Assembly (NCBI GenBank): GCA_037443365.1
Contig: JBBIOM010000006.1
Span: forward strand, 22,709-86,708
Direction: 5' to 3'
Length of the DNA stretch: 64,000 nt
Origin: Armatimonadota bacterium
GTDB taxonomy: Bacteria; Sysuimicrobiota; Sysuimicrobiia; Sysuimicrobiales; Humicultoraceae
Shown: positions 63,852 through 64,000 of the stretch, in pieces
How positions within the stretch are numbered: the first letter of the stretch is position 1
Layout of the letters: every line of letters starts with the position of its first letter
Translations under genes and position numbers: made by a program
Notes under the pieces: model-generated
The model's database searches: none
Seen by the model: only the letters and a program-made list of their open reading frames with translations
Told to the model about the DNA's origin: nothing

Positions 63852-64000
63852 GCAGCCCCATCCGTCAGGTGCATCACTAGTCACGCTTGGGTAGAGCGCC
63901 GCCTTCTCTGCATGGTCACCTGGCGCAGCCGCAGTCCGTTGACACTGTGCTGCCTCAGATAGATACGAGACACCCTGACTGAGGGGTGTTGCGACTGAAG

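Noticed and set aside
63939-64000. TTGACA and a short ACACCC/GGGTGT hairpin at the window end as promoter or riboswitch
   Set aside because: No convincing -10 and the context is cut off by the window edge.
1-64000. CRISPR arrays, rRNA, integrases, transposases
   Set aside because: No regularly spaced repeats or matching ORFs seen by eye.

Overview
A GC-rich bacterial chromosomal window in two parts. (1) Positions 1-31271 are housekeeping and energy genes: a partial MFS transporter; a phd-relE toxin-antitoxin pair upstream of a class II fumarase fused in frame to an alkyltransferase-like (ATL) DNA-damage-sensor domain; sucC-(alkaline phosphatase superfamily gene)-sucD; yvlD-like, rapZ, yvcK and tryptophanase; a complex I operon with only the membrane arm (nuoA-H-J-K-L-M-N), whose NuoL has a 26-residue tandem duplication in its C-terminal lateral helix; a complete Thermus-order V/A-type ATP synthase (G-I-K-E-C-F-A-B-D); DUF881-sbp; gap-pgk-tpiA; an osmC-family gene; secG; and tRNA-Leu(GAG). 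(2) From the tRNA onward the DNA is accessory. It starts with a 2.2-kb integrase-less islet, bounded by a direct repeat of the tRNA 3' end, that carries an AbiE type IV toxin-antitoxin pair. Next come a truncated radical-SAM remnant and a perfect Gram-positive-type LexA box, then a hydroxyproline cluster (FadR regulator, activase, glycyl radical HypD, peptide-binding protein, enolase-family Hyp dehydratase/epimerase, Ser/Cys proline-racemase-family enzyme). The window ends with a ~21-kb co-oriented catabolic cluster of unknown substrate (TAXI-TRAP, FadR, E1/E2, two Zn dehydrogenases, IolN-like, atypical M24 hydrolases, amidohydrolase, DHPON-hydrolase-like, cupin, Mo-hydroxylase large subunit). 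No CRISPR array, rRNA, integrase or transposase was seen. The gene content suggests a Terrabacteria-group organism (inference only). All family assignments come from motif recognition by eye, not database searches.
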